In this document: positions 1 to 10,655 of the stretch, one piece after another | Numbering within the stretch: position 1 is the stretch's first letter | Layout of the letters: each line of letters starts with the position of its first letter | Source: Methanothermococcus sp. Ax23 | GTDB taxonomy: Archaea > AGJL01 > Methanococci > Methanococcales > Methanococcaceae | Assembly: GCF_049075655.1 (NCBI RefSeq) | Contig: NZ_CP157522.1 | Location: 1,568,001 to 1,632,000 of the forward strand | Reading direction: 5' to 3' | DNA: 64,000 bases | The notes under the pieces: model-generated | What the model was told of the DNA's origin: nothing | What the model saw: only the letters and a program-made list of their open reading frames with translations | Databases searched by the model: none | Position numbers and translations under genes: made by a program

Positions 1-1990
1 TTCCAGGAGCGGGAAATGTGAATTTATGGGCATATTTTTCTACATCCAGTGTATTTAATATTATTCCATTATCAAGTTCTTCGGTTTTTATGGCAGGTAT
101 TACCGCTTTCATTTGCCTATCTACCATTTGCATTGCTCTATTGTATAATATATCAATTAATTTTTCATGCCTATTTAGTTCTTTCTTATTTATTCCAAGT
201 ATATCTTCTACAATACCTCTACCGTTCATGAATCTTAAATAAAATGCTTCGAAATCCATACATAATCCAATTTTATCTAAATCGTCTCTTGTATATTCTT
301 TTCCGCTACCATATTTTTTACTGCATTCTGTTAAATCTTCCAATGCTATTTTTACATATTCATCTACTTCTTTTCCTTTTGCATGGTCTCCAACCACGGC
401 TATGCCTGGAAGATGCTTTATTTCGTCAGTAACATCTTTGTTTATCATTCTTGCAACTTCCGTTGCTAAAACCCCTGCGGTTAAGTTGCTATCTCCACCA
501 ACAAGGTATGGATTCACATGAGCTCTTACATATTCATCCACTTCTACCTTACCATCTACAACTTCTCCTGGATAGTGGTGGTCTATCACAACAACATCTA
601 TATCGTATGCCTCAGCTTGTGATATTGCAGGTATATCCTCGTTGGTGCTTCCATTATCTGCCAATACAACCAATGGCATCTTTTGACCAAACCTTAACTT
701 ATCCTCTAATGAGAATGCCAAGTCTTTTGTGATATCTTCCAATTCATAAAATGGTGCCTTAGATGGACTTCTCCTGAAATAGTGCCATTGTGCATCGGCA
801 TCTATTGAAAATTCACTTAATATTGGGAGTATTGCCTTTTCAAGTGCTACACCTGCACAGTATCCGTCGGTATCTGCATGATGCCGTATAATCACAGGTT
901 TTCCATCCAATATTGCTCTTCTTATTCTTTTTGCCACATCGGCCATTTTAGGCCTTAATTTTTCAAGTATTGGACTATCTACAAGGAATTCTATATCACT
1001 GTATGGTTCTGATTTTCTATCTAATTCTCTTTCTATTTTGTCCTTTACAATATCAGCTTTTTCTCCTTCGAGTTTTACCAATTTTATTCTTTCAATTTGA
1101 AGTTTTCCATCTCTTATGGAAACAGTCCCCACCACATCTACAATATCTCCTACCATTATTTCAGGGTGGGTTCTTAAACCTGCAACTTCAAATGCCGCTA
1201 TCCATGCAGTATCTGTTCCATCGGTGATGGTGAATATTGTTGGACCTGGTGTTTGAGTAATTTGGATAATTTCCCCTTGAATATGGACTACTTCATCCCT
1301 CATTTCAAGTATGCCTTTATCGGTGATTTCCTTTATTGTTGTTAATGGGATGCTCTTTTCAAGTTTTTCAATTTTATAGTTTGCAATTGGAATATATCTA
1401 AAATCAACCTCCCTCTTTTGCGGTTTTAATTCAGATACTTGCACAACAACTTCATCCCCTATCTTAAAGTCCCCTAATCTTTTTCCAACCATTTCACGAG
1501 CTCTCAACAAACCCCTTGTCTGGTCATTTAATGAAATGAAAACCCCATATTTTTCAGTTCTTGATACCGTTCCCTTGTAGAATTTACCCTCTTCTAAATC
1601 GTTCATTCCACATAGGTTGTCTAATATATAAACTGTTTTCAAGTTTTTCTTTTTTTCTTCTTCTTCCTTTTTACATTTAGCACATAATGTTTTATTTTTA
1701 TCCTGCGGATATTTACCTATATATTTATCGCATTTATCGCATTTTACAATTTTTCCACTTCCTCCACAGTAATCACAGGTGTCATATATTGGAATCTTTC
1801 CAGAGCCTTTACAGTTCGGACATGGCACCTCTGCAACATCTAAATCGTATTTAGATTTTTTAGAAACTCCCTTAAAGTGGGATTTTGTGTTAAATTCTTC
1901 AATATAGCCAGTTCCCTCACATTCAGGACATGATTCATACCCAACAATTTTTTTTCCTGTTCCTTTGCAAATTGGACATTTATCTATCAT
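1..1990 (-). CDS. Archaeal RecJ-like DHH nuclease with N-terminal DnaJ-type zinc finger and S1/OB domains; runs off the left edge
   Basis: Absent from the ORF track, apparently because no stop falls inside the window. Manual translation from ATG 1990 gives MIDKCPICKGTGKKIVGYESCPECEGTG...CPNCKGSG...CDYCGGSG (CxxCxGxG repeats), an S1-like GKFYKGTVSRTEKYGVFISL, and DHH motifs IIRHHADTDG and VVIDHH. Confidence 0.85.
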   Translation of the reverse strand, partial: MIDKCPICKGTGKKIVGYESCPECEGTGYIEEFNTKSHFKGVSKKSKYDLDVAEVPCPNCKGSGKIPIYDTCDYCGGSGKIVKCDKCDKYIGKYPQDKNKTLCAKCKKEEEEKKKNLKTVYILDNLCGMNDLEEGKFYKGTVSRTEKYGVFISLNDQTRGLLRAREMVGKRLGDFKIGDEVVVQVSELKPQKREVDFRYIPIANYKIEKLEKSIPLTTIKEITDKGILEMRDEVVHIQGEIIQITQTPGPTIFTITDGTDTAWIAAFEVAGLRTHPEIMVGDIVDVVGTVSIRDGKLQIERIKLVKLEGEKADIVKDKIERELDRKSEPYSDIEFLVDSPILEKLRPKMADVAKRIRRAILDGKPVIIRHHADTDGYCAGVALEKAILPILSEFSIDADAQWHYFRRSPSKAPFYELEDITKDLAFSLEDKLRFGQKMPLVVLADNGSTNEDIPAISQAEAYDIDVVVIDHHYPGEVVDGKVEVDEYVRAHVNPYLVGGDSNLTAGVLATEVARMINKDVTDEIKHLPGIAVVGDHAKGKEVDEYVKIALEDLTECSKKYGSGKEYTRDDLDKIGLCMDFEAFYLRFMNGRGIVEDILGINKKELNRHEKLIDILYNRAMQMVDRQMKAVIPAIKTEELDNGIILNTLDVEKYAHKFTFPAPG

Positions 1991-2153
1991 ACTACACCAC
2001 TTTAAATTTTAATAAAAATAGTAAAAAATAATATTTAAAATAATATATAAAATTCAATATATATAGAATTCCTTTATTATAAAAATTTAATTATAACTTA
2101 TAAAGATTAAACTATATAAATATACAAATCAAATAATAAATTATTTTAAAAAA

Positions 2154-2690
2154 TTATTCAATATAGTTATAACCTTTCTCAAAAGCCAATATATTCTTTT
2201 TTTCAGTGCCCTTAGGAACACTATCCAATACAGCTTTTTCCATGGCATCTTTTGAAACAATATTGGTTATTTTTGTGAGAGCTCCGAGCATTACAATGTT
2301 TGCAACTATTTTCAAACCAACTTCTTTATGGGCAATTTCCGTGAATGGAACTTGATATACGTTGAAATTATTTTCATAATCCTCAGGTATGGAGACAAGG
2401 TCTTTATCAACAATTACGCATCCATTTTCTTTTACATCCATTCCATATTTATCAAAGGCAGGTTGGGACATGCAAACTAATATATCAGGTTTTATTACCT
2501 TTGGAAAGCTTATTTCTTCCTCAGATATTACAACCTCAGATTTACTTGCTCCTCCTCTTGCCTCAGGTCCATAAGATTGTGTTTGAACTGCATTCTTGTT
2601 ATCGTAGAGTGAAGCACCTTTACCTAAAATCACACCTGATAGGATTATCCCCTGACCTCCAAAACCTGATAGTCTAATTTCTTTCCTCAT
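2154..2690 (-). CDS. korC: 2-oxoglutarate:ferredoxin oxidoreductase gamma subunit
   Basis: GFGGQGIIL and QSYGPEARGGAS motifs; next to the beta subunit. Confidence 0.88.
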   Translation of the reverse strand: MRKEIRLSGFGGQGIILSGVILGKGASLYDNKNAVQTQSYGPEARGGASKSEVVISEEEISFPKVIKPDILVCMSQPAFDKYGMDVKENGCVIVDKDLVSIPEDYENNFNVYQVPFTEIAHKEVGLKIVANIVMLGALTKITNIVSKDAMEKAVLDSVPKGTEKKNILAFEKGYNYIE

Positions 2691-2780
2691 AATTCCACCT
2701 ATGTTTATTCACATGTTGGTATTTTTAATATTTTATTAATTTTATTTTTATGTTGTTTATAGAGTGATAATGATTATACA

Positions 2781-3578
2781 TTATTTCTGCAATATCTTTA
2801 ACTGTTCTATGAATTCTGGTTTTTCAATATCCAAAAACTCTCCTACAATGATTTTATTTTCCAACTCTTCCTCTGAGAGATTTTCAGCTTTTTTAATAGT
2901 TATTGAATTTTCTTTAAAGAATTTCATCATTTCAGCAGGATTCTTCGAAACATTAAATCTTCCGTAATATGTTGGACATTGTGCAATTACTTCAATAAAT
3001 GAGAATCCTTTTTTCTCTATTCCTTTTTTTATTGCATTTGATAACTGAATAGGATGTGCGGTAGTCCATCTAGCTACATGGGTTGCACCTGCGGCAATTG
3101 CCAACTTGCATAAGTCCATAGGATTTTCTGGATTTCCATAGGGTGCAGTGGTTGCCTTTTTTTCATGTGGTGTAGTTGGGGAACATTGTCCTCCGGTCAT
3201 TCCATATATGTTGTTGTTTATACAAATAACAGTTATATCTATGTTTCTTCTGCAACCGTGAATAAAATGATTTCCTCCAATTGCGGATAAATCACCATCT
3301 CCGGTAAATACAACGACCTTCTTATCATCTCGGGCAACCTTTACTCCTGTTGCAAATGCGATTGGTCTTCCATGGGTTGTGTGCAATGAATCACAATCTA
3401 AATATCCTGGAAGCCTTGATGAACATCCAATTCCAGATATTGCTATATAATCCTCGGAGCTCATGTTTAATTTTTCAAGGGCATTTGCAAAACAGTTCAA
3501 TATAATTCCATTTCCACAACCTGAACAAAATATGTGTGGGAGCCTATCTTCTCTCATATATTTTATTGCTGGATGCAT
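2781..3578 (-). CDS. korB: 2-oxoglutarate:ferredoxin oxidoreductase beta subunit (TPP-binding)
   Basis: FCSGCG, GIGCS, HTTHGR and the GDGD...NNNIYGMTGGQ TPP motif. Confidence 0.9.
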   Translation of the reverse strand: MHPAIKYMREDRLPHIFCSGCGNGIILNCFANALEKLNMSSEDYIAISGIGCSSRLPGYLDCDSLHTTHGRPIAFATGVKVARDDKKVVVFTGDGDLSAIGGNHFIHGCRRNIDITVICINNNIYGMTGGQCSPTTPHEKKATTAPYGNPENPMDLCKLAIAAGATHVARWTTAHPIQLSNAIKKGIEKKGFSFIEVIAQCPTYYGRFNVSKNPAEMMKFFKENSITIKKAENLSEEELENKIIVGEFLDIEKPEFIEQLKILQK

Positions 3579-3657
3579 ATTATCACCATTATATAGTTTT
3601 AATTTAATATTTTTTTATAAGTAATATATGTTTTGGTATTATGGGATGAAGTTCCGT

Positions 3658-4443
3658 TTAGTTGTTCATCAACGTTGCATGGGAGAGCTCGAAAACTGCA
3701 CCGCCCAAATCATTTCCAATGTCCTGCAATTCTAAACCTTCTATTTCAATGTACTTATCCTCAATGGACATTACAACAGGCAAAAATTTATATGATATTT
3801 CTACGATATCGAAAGGTTTGCAGAACATTTCCACGGCTATTAATCCATAGAACTCCACATTTTTATATGGTCCTTCTTTTTCCAAGGGTTTTGTAATAAC
3901 TTTATTTACTGCTATATCGTCCCCTAATGATAACAATATCTTTTTAATTACATCCTCTTCGGAGCTCCCATAACCTTCAAAAACAGCCTTTACCTTTATA
4001 AGTCCTTCTTCCTGTAATGCAAATATGTCATCTTCATCATAAATGCCATTTTTATACCCTTCAATATCGACATTCTCTTCTTCCTTTATATGGACATTGA
4101 ACATGATGTTGTATTTTTCGCAGAATTTTTTAAAAAACTCAATTATATGAGCAATAGCTTCCCCAAATTCTTTTGAACTAATTTTTAATTTTGAAGGGCT
4201 AATAATATCTAAATCAGCACCATATTTCAGACAAAAATCAACATATTCTAAAAAAGAATTAAATACTATCTTCAATTCCCCGACTTTTGTATATAATCCC
4301 TCTCCATCATCTTCTTCATCTTCTATTGATAGTATTTCGGCGTTATATTTATTTTTTATATCATCCATTAGTTTTTCGAACTCCATATTTACAATATCCT
4401 TATTATTTCCTTTAATTTCTTGATAGGATATAATCTCTATCAT
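3658..4443 (-). CDS. Acidic hypothetical protein
   Basis: Long ORF between lysS and korB on the same strand; GGTGA RBS before ATG 4443; no motif recognised. Confidence 0.7.
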   Translation of the reverse strand: MIEIISYQEIKGNNKDIVNMEFEKLMDDIKNKYNAEILSIEDEEDDGEGLYTKVGELKIVFNSFLEYVDFCLKYGADLDIISPSKLKISSKEFGEAIAHIIEFFKKFCEKYNIMFNVHIKEEENVDIEGYKNGIYDEDDIFALQEEGLIKVKAVFEGYGSSEEDVIKKILLSLGDDIAVNKVITKPLEKEGPYKNVEFYGLIAVEMFCKPFDIVEISYKFLPVVMSIEDKYIEIEGLELQDIGNDLGGAVFELSHATLMNN

Positions 4444-4511
4444 ATTTTTCACCTAAAAAATAGAAAATAAATTATTAATTAATATAGGGGCGGGGATAAA
4501 TAATGAAAATA

Positions 4512-6128
4512 TTATTTCAATAAAGAATATCGCCCAATTACAAACTCCTTATCAAGTGAAGATAGGAAACTTCCCAATTTAGGTCCGTATTTCTTGCCGA
4601 GAAGTATTTTATAGGATGCCAAAAATGCTTCTTTTGGATTCAATTCCATTTCCTTTGCACTGTTGTATATTAACTCATGTATGGATAAGGCATCGAATTC
4701 AACTTCTTTCAATTTCTCGCCAAATGCTTTTATCCATTCCTTCTGTTTTTCATTTAATTCATCATACATTTCCTTTGCTTTTTCTAAATCTATTATTTCC
4801 AGCACTTCACCGTAGTTCAAAGCCCAGTTTCTAGCCATGTATAACCTTGCCTTCAATCTCTCAAAATCACTTTCTTTCATTGAATCGATTGACTCATAGT
4901 TATTTCTTTTAAGGATTTCCAGCACCTTATCCATGTTAATTTCTTCTTTTTCAGCATCATAGGCTATCTGAGATACTATTACACAGAATCTATATGGTAT
5001 TTGCAAAGGCAACTCATCAGGTATTTTTGGTGTTGAGAGCTCATACAATCTTATCTTATCCATTTCATTTTCATTCAATTCAATGCCTTCTTCTCTCTTT
5101 TTCATTAACTCGAAATATTTTCTTTCGAGCTCCTCATAATCATCTACAAGGTTAGGAATTGCCTTTAAATCAAAGTCGATATGTTTTGTAGGTTTGCTTC
5201 TCAACAGCAAAAACCTTAAAATCTCAGGGTGGCAGATTTTTACCCAGTCCTTAACTGCAAACACGACACCAGATGATGAAGACATTGGGACTGCCTTGTC
5301 CCCTATTTTCAACTGAATCCATTCGTAAATTATTTTTTCTGGTGCTTGATAGTTATATACTGCTCTGGCAATTTTAACTCCTGTATCATAAGAACCGCCG
5401 GATGTCCCGTGGTCTTTACCCATAGGCTCTGCTATTACATTGAATATGCTCCATCTTGCAGGCCAATCAACTCTCCAAGGGAGTTTTCCCCTACCTTTAA
5501 AGGGTTCTACTGTGTTTTTATAACCACAGGAGCATTCATAATCAACGGTTTTATTCTCACTATCGTAGTTAATTACCTTTGTTGTGCTTAATTTACCACA
5601 TTTCTCACAAACTATGTTTAACGGATACCAGTCTTCTGGAAGGGGTTCTTTTCTGTATTTATTTAATATATCCCTTATTTTATCCCTATTTTCCAGAGCC
5701 AATACTATTGTTTCGTCATAAAGCCCATTTTTATAGTTTTCATCAGCTTTATAGACGGTTAAATCAATGCCTAAATCATCCAAACTATCTACAAATGGTT
5801 TTAGGAAATGGTCCGCATAACTTTCACAGCATCCCTCAGGGCATGGAATTTCACTTATAGGCATGCCAACATATTTTTCATACTCATCTGGTAAGAATGG
5901 ATAAACCTTCCTAAGTGGGTCATAGGTGTCAGCAATGAATATGAGCTCCGCCTCAACACCATTGTTTAACAGTCCCTTATAAAGTGCATCTGCTGTGAGT
6001 GTTTCCCTTGCATTTCCTACATGTATGTGTCCTGATGGAGTAATACCACTTGCAACAAGGTATTTTTCAGGATTCTGTTTTTCTCTCTTTTTTATTATTT
6101 TTTTAGCCATTGCGTCAGCCCAATGCAA
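4512..6128 (-). CDS. lysS: Class I lysyl-tRNA synthetase
   Basis: MHWAD start, [13 protein letters not shown] (HIGH-like), [25 protein letters not shown] (KMSKS-like), GPKLG. Confidence 0.96.
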   Translation of the reverse strand: MHWADAMAKKIIKKREKQNPEKYLVASGITPSGHIHVGNARETLTADALYKGLLNNGVEAELIFIADTYDPLRKVYPFLPDEYEKYVGMPISEIPCPEGCCESYADHFLKPFVDSLDDLGIDLTVYKADENYKNGLYDETIVLALENRDKIRDILNKYRKEPLPEDWYPLNIVCEKCGKLSTTKVINYDSENKTVDYECSCGYKNTVEPFKGRGKLPWRVDWPARWSIFNVIAEPMGKDHGTSGGSYDTGVKIARAVYNYQAPEKIIYEWIQLKIGDKAVPMSSSSGVVFAVKDWVKICHPEILRFLLLRSKPTKHIDFDLKAIPNLVDDYEELERKYFELMKKREEGIELNENEMDKIRLYELSTPKIPDELPLQIPYRFCVIVSQIAYDAEKEEINMDKVLEILKRNNYESIDSMKESDFERLKARLYMARNWALNYGEVLEIIDLEKAKEMYDELNEKQKEWIKAFGEKLKEVEFDALSIHELIYNSAKEMELNPKEAFLASYKILLGKKYGPKLGSFLSSLDKEFVIGRYSLLK

Positions 6129-6386
6129 ATAATCGCCTCCTATATTTATATTTCATATACTTTTAATTATAATTTATTTTATGGATAAATGTTATAATAA
6201 CATATAATTTATTTTATTAAAATTTTTCATCGTAAATTATAAATATTATAAAAACTCTCTTAATTCAAAACTTGTTTAACATATCATGAGCTCACATCTC
6301 ATGACAATGAGACATACTACAATAGCCTTTTTTAAGGTTGATTTAAATTATATCTTATAGTATATAAGATTATTTTTGATGATAAT

Positions 6387-6803
6387 ATGAAAGAATATAA
6401 ATCACCATCCTTAACTGTTGATGGTATAATTCAAATTGATGATAAAATCCTATTAATAAAAAGAAAAAACCCGCCCTTTAAAGATTCATGGGCATTTCCG
6501 GGAGGGTTCGTAGAATATGGAGAAACTACTGAAAATGCAGTTATGAGGGAAATCTACGAAGAAACCAATTTAAAGACCAAAATAAAACATCTCCTTGGGG
6601 TGTATTCAGACCCCAATAGAGACCCAAGGGGTCATACCGTTTCTGTTGTTTATATTTTAGAACATATTGAAGGAGCTCCCAAGGGTTCCGATGATGCCAA
6701 GGAGGCAAAGTTATTTAAAATCGAAGAGGTCAAAGATTTAGATTTGGCATTTGACCACAAAAAGATATTTAATGACTATTTGAAGTATTTAAAAAAGAAA
6801 TGA
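6387..6803 (+). CDS. Nudix hydrolase (ADP-ribose pyrophosphatase-like)
   Basis: Nudix box GGFVEYGETTENAVMREIYEETNL; RDPRGH and LAFDH. Confidence 0.9.
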   Translation: MKEYKSPSLTVDGIIQIDDKILLIKRKNPPFKDSWAFPGGFVEYGETTENAVMREIYEETNLKTKIKHLLGVYSDPNRDPRGHTVSVVYILEHIEGAPKGSDDAKEAKLFKIEEVKDLDLAFDHKKIFNDYLKYLKKK

Positions 6804-6867
6804 GGAAATATAATAAAAAAATAATAAATAAAAATAAAATTAAACTAAAAAATAAAAAGGTGATAAT

Positions 6868-7185
6868 GTGGTAAAGTTTTGCCCTAAATGTAAAAATATA
6901 ATGCTTCCAAAAGATGGAAAATTAGTATGCACAGTATGTAAATTTGAAGAAGATTTGGAACAAACAAATGAATCATATGAATTAAAGGAAAAAATAGAAT
7001 CAAAGAAACAAGAAATTGTAGTAATCGAAGATGTAAATACATTACCAACTACAAGAATAGAATGTCCAGAATGTGGAAATATGGAAGCTTACTGGTGGTT
7101 ACAACAAACAAGATGTGCGGATGAACCTGAAACAAGATTTTACAAATGTAAAAAGTGCGGACACACTTGGAGAGAATATGATTAA
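6868..7185 (+). CDS. tfs: Transcription factor S (TFS/RpoM)
   Basis: Two zinc ribbons (FCPKC..CTVC; CPEC...CKKC) with the QTRCADEPETRFY acidic hairpin. Confidence 0.95.
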   Translation: MVKFCPKCKNIMLPKDGKLVCTVCKFEEDLEQTNESYELKEKIESKKQEIVVIEDVNTLPTTRIECPECGNMEAYWWLQQTRCADEPETRFYKCKKCGHTWREYD

Positions 7186-7190
7186 ATCAT

Positions 7191-7880
7191 TTATTTTTTA
7201 ATAATATTAATTCCATTTACTAATATTTTACCGGCTCTGCTTTTTTTACCTTCTTTTTCAACAAAAACTCTTAATTTTCCAGCTCTGCAAAAATGCTGGA
7301 CCCTTAAACCAATATCTATTAAGGTTTTTTCATTGAATTCTTTTCCAATAAATTCCTGCAATGTTTCGGAGCTCGAACCACATGGAGACTCCCTTATTAC
7401 ATCCATATCTTTAATTATATCATTATCCAAATAAATATTAACAATCGGTTTTCCAAAGTATTTTAAAAACTCTTTTAATTGCGGGTATTTATCCAACTTA
7501 TCTTTTAAATCATGTTCATCTAAATTACACATTAAATCTGGACAAATTACATTTCCAAAACTTTCAAGTTGTTTTTTAAACCCTTCTCCTCTCCATGCCC
7601 CCACGATTACAAAGATTTTTTTGTTCAATTTTTCATTAATATTATGTATTTCATTTATGAGAGCGTATGTTAAATCTGGATTTATAATATATGTAATTAT
7701 TACGTCATATTTTTTTAGCTCATTCAGCTGAGCTCTATCGATTTCAATATCTTCAAAATCCCCAGCATAATTTATCTTCAAAAAATCACAATTAAACTTT
7801 TTCCCAATGACTCCTGTGGCTCGGTCCCCATATTTTCCCTCTGAAATAATGGCAACATCCATATTTGCATTTATGTTCAT
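7191..7880 (-). CDS. DUF166-like conserved archaeal protein
   Basis: GKYGDRA start and CPDLMCNL, FGKP, SPCGS motifs; family recalled from memory, not searched. Confidence 0.6.
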   Translation of the reverse strand: MNINANMDVAIISEGKYGDRATGVIGKKFNCDFLKINYAGDFEDIEIDRAQLNELKKYDVIITYIINPDLTYALINEIHNINEKLNKKIFVIVGAWRGEGFKKQLESFGNVICPDLMCNLDEHDLKDKLDKYPQLKEFLKYFGKPIVNIYLDNDIIKDMDVIRESPCGSSSETLQEFIGKEFNEKTLIDIGLRVQHFCRAGKLRVFVEKEGKKSRAGKILVNGINIIKK

Positions 7881-7949
7881 AATTACACCGTGGCAAATTA
7901 TATGTTAAGTATATTTGGATATATAAATGTATGTGTCTAAAATAAAAAG

Positions 7950-8022
7950 TAGCCCGGTGCGGATTCGAACCGCAGTCCCCAGGTCCAAAGCCTAGGATGA
8001 TTGGCCACTACACCACCGGGCT
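7950..8022 (-). tRNA. tRNA-Gln(UUG); no intron, CCA not encoded
   Basis: Reverse complement AGCCCGGTGGTGTAGTGGCCAATCATCCTAGGCTTTGGACCTGGGGACTGCGGTTCGAATCCGCACCGGGCTA: acceptor stem AGCCCGG/CCGGGCT, anticodon loop CT-TTG-GA, T-loop TTCGAAT. Confidence 0.96.
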
Positions 8023-8061
8023 AATTCCAATCCAATCAGAACAAACTCTAATAGGATAGTT

Positions 8062-8080
8062 CTCATATATATACTTTTCG
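8062..8080 (-). promoter_or_regulatory. BRE/TATA promoter of tRNA-Gln
   Basis: Minus strand CCGAAAAGTATATATATG about 40-58 nt upstream of the mature tRNA 5' end. Confidence 0.55.
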
Positions 8081-8368
8081 GTAATTGGTATTTGTAAATG
8101 TATGAATATAGAATAAAGAAAAGATGGGTAATACCAAATATTTGGTTATAACTCACTATTATAAAAATATATCAATATTTATGTAGTTCCCCCATTTATC
8201 AGTATTATTTATTATAGTAATTACAATAATTGAAAACACCACTTAGTTTTTTATTAATTATTGTAGCATCCAGTATTTAAGCAAATAGAATAAAATAAAA
8301 AGCATGAAAAATAAAAAAATAAAATAATAAAAAATATTAATATATTTTTATATCTTTTCTGGGATATT

Positions 8369-9013
8369 ATGGCAACACTACATAAAATTTATACCCCAAG
8401 AATACTCAACACAGTTGAAATAATTGGAATATTATGCACAATTGAAATTCTGATATCTTTTATATTATCCACCTATAACCCCCCATATGAATATATATTG
8501 ATGGAGTTGGATTTTATATCTATTTCATTTCTTACTTTTGAGTTTTTTTATAAATTAATGGGGGCAAAAAATAAATTAAAATTTTTTAAAAATATATATA
8601 ATATAATAGATGCCATTGTTGTTGGTGCTTTTGCTTTATATTTATTACAAATGACCTCGACTACCGCAGTTGTTAGTTTGAGGATAATTAATGCAGTTAG
8701 AATATTGATATTATTAAGAGTAATAAAATTCAAACATCTTAACCTAAGCCGTGAGTCTATTAACTTTATAACCATATTAATATTTAGTTTTATATTATCA
8801 TGTTTTATATGGTTAGCTGAAAATGAGGTAAATCCAAAAATAAACAATTTTGCAGATGCATTTTACTTTACAGTAATATCTATAACCACCATTGGATATG
8901 GGGATATTACACCTCAAACCATGTGGGGAAAAATAATAATTGTTCTTGCAGTATTATATATTGTATCTGGACTAATAACAAGAGCTCAGAAAATATTTGA
9001 ATACAACAAATAA
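8369..9013 (+). CDS. Voltage-gated 6-TM potassium channel (MVP-like)
   Basis: Selectivity filter TTIGYGDITP; S4-like LRIINAVRILILLRVIK. Confidence 0.9.
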   Translation: MATLHKIYTPRILNTVEIIGILCTIEILISFILSTYNPPYEYILMELDFISISFLTFEFFYKLMGAKNKLKFFKNIYNIIDAIVVGAFALYLLQMTSTTAVVSLRIINAVRILILLRVIKFKHLNLSRESINFITILIFSFILSCFIWLAENEVNPKINNFADAFYFTVISITTIGYGDITPQTMWGKIIIVLAVLYIVSGLITRAQKIFEYNK

Positions 9014-9072
9014 TAGAAAATAAAAAAATAAAAATAAAAAATAATAGTTAATTAAAAATTAAAAATAATTCA

Positions 9073-9993
9073 TTAGTTCGTATAATATTTTTCCAAAGGA
9101 GGAACTACCTGTTTCTTTCTGGACATTACGCCCTCTAAAAATATGCTGTTATTATCCAATTTTACATTAAATGCCTTTTCAAATGCTTCTTTGTTTCCAA
9201 CAACTAAAACTTCGCTTCCTTCTTTCATTATGTCGGTGATAAGGAACAATATTAAGTCATAGCCTTCTTTGAATTTTTCTTCAAGTGCGTTGTATATATC
9301 CTGTTTTTTTGCCTCAACTTCTGAAACATCTATTACTTCAACCTGTCCAATACCTATTTTTTTACCGTTAAATTCAAAGTCTTTGTAATCGATTGTTATT
9401 ATTTCCTCAGGGCTCATTTTTCCTACTGTGGATTTTGCTTTAAGCATCTCCATACCATAAGCATAAATATCTCCTATACCTGCAATTTCTGCAAGTTTTT
9501 CTGCGAGCTCTCTATCTGTATCTGTTGTTGTAACGGATTTGAATAAAACTGTATCTGATAAGATAGCTGAAAGAAGCAATCCTGCTAAATCAGGTTTTAA
9601 CTCCTTATTTTTTCCGCCAATGAACTCCATCATTCCCTTAAAGTATAATTCTGCTATTACTGTTGCCGTTGAACCTACTGGTTTTGCAATATACAATATT
9701 GGCTCTGAGGTGGTGATGCCGATTTTATGGTGGTCGATTATTCCAACAAGTTTTCCATTATCTAAATCATCCAAACTTTGGGATTTTTCAGAGTGGTCTA
9801 CAAGTATGAGCTCCTTGTCCTTTGCAGATTTTATCAATTCTGGTTCCATAATTCCAAATCTTTTTAACACAAATTCAGTTTCTGGGTTCAAGTCTCCCAA
9901 CCTTGCAGGAGCTCCGTCTAAAAAATGTGCCAAAACAATTGCTGAACATATACTATCAGTATCTGGGTTTCTGTGCCCTACAACATATATCAT
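9073..9993 (-). CDS. ppaC: Manganese-dependent (family II) inorganic pyrophosphatase
   Basis: GHRNPDTDS, LVDH, IIDHH, ILSDT and SRKKQVVP. Confidence 0.95.
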   Translation of the reverse strand: MIYVVGHRNPDTDSICSAIVLAHFLDGAPARLGDLNPETEFVLKRFGIMEPELIKSAKDKELILVDHSEKSQSLDDLDNGKLVGIIDHHKIGITTSEPILYIAKPVGSTATVIAELYFKGMMEFIGGKNKELKPDLAGLLLSAILSDTVLFKSVTTTDTDRELAEKLAEIAGIGDIYAYGMEMLKAKSTVGKMSPEEIITIDYKDFEFNGKKIGIGQVEVIDVSEVEAKKQDIYNALEEKFKEGYDLILFLITDIMKEGSEVLVVGNKEAFEKAFNVKLDNNSIFLEGVMSRKKQVVPPLEKYYTN

Positions 9994-10144
9994 AGTATCC
10001 TCCTTTGCTTTTTTATTTGATTTTTTCTTTATTTTTTCTTTTTCTTTTTGAAATGATTATAATTATGATATTAATATTTTTCTAATGCTTAGGTCATGCA
10101 ATTGGTTTTAAATGTTTCAAAGTATATCAAATGATATACTCATA

Positions 10145-10262
10145 TAAACCAACTGCTTTATAAGTCTCATTGTTGGTTTCGTTGCCGTCCCCAACTCGAC
10201 TTATGGGGTGAGACCCGCACCCTCCTACCCGCTACTGGATTCACGGTTCGCTTGTGTTAGCA
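10145..10262 (-). other. GC-rich structured segment, possibly a transposon-end/omega-RNA remnant, at the livF breakpoint
   Basis: Hairpins AAACCAAC..GTTGGTTT and CCCCA..TGGGG in a GC-rich island within AT-rich DNA; it occupies the place of the 5' part of livF. Strand and origin are inferred. Confidence 0.35.
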
Positions 10263-10263
10263 A

Positions 10264-10313
10264 GCGACCTAAAACCTTCGGTTTTAAGTTTTCCTCGCTA
10301 CTCGACGAAAATG
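10264..10313. repeat. Short-hairpin module array (shared with 19563-19612)
   Basis: GCGACCTAAAACCTTCGGTTTTAAGTTTTCCTC is identical to 19563-19595. Confidence 0.8.
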
Positions 10314-10558
10314 AACCTACGGCACAACTCTCCCCTAAACTTGCAGATGTAATATTTGATAAAATAGTAGAATTACGGGATGATTATGATATCACCCCCC
10401 TATTAGTTGAACAGAACGCAAAAAAGGCACTTGAAATAAGCGATAATGGATATATGTTTGTTAGTGGCAGAGTGGCATACGGAGGTTCTGCAAAATCACT
10501 TCTTGAACATGAAAAATTCCAGAGTTATTTCTTGGGAATTGTTAATGAAGATGTATAA
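10311..10558 (+). pseudogene. livF: 3' remnant of a branched-chain amino acid ABC transporter ATPase (LivF-like)
   Basis: EPTAQLSPK...[25 protein letters not shown] matches the LivF C-terminal half; Walker A and the ABC signature are missing and the ORF's N-terminus reads through repeat DNA. Confidence 0.8.
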
Positions 10559-10655
10559 ATCATGTAAGAACTATAATTTAAATATATTTTAATGTATTAA
10601 TGTATTAGGCACATGTTTGACATAAATGATAACAATATAATATTACGGTGATATC

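Noticed and set aside
18-1227. Short plus-strand ORFs here and the many 60-170 aa antisense ORFs across the window
   Set aside because: They are shadows of well-supported genes on the opposite strand or in another frame, with no recognisable motifs.
10208-10310. N-terminal part of ORF 10208..10558
   Set aside because: It is translation of repeat DNA; LivF similarity begins only at EPTAQL.
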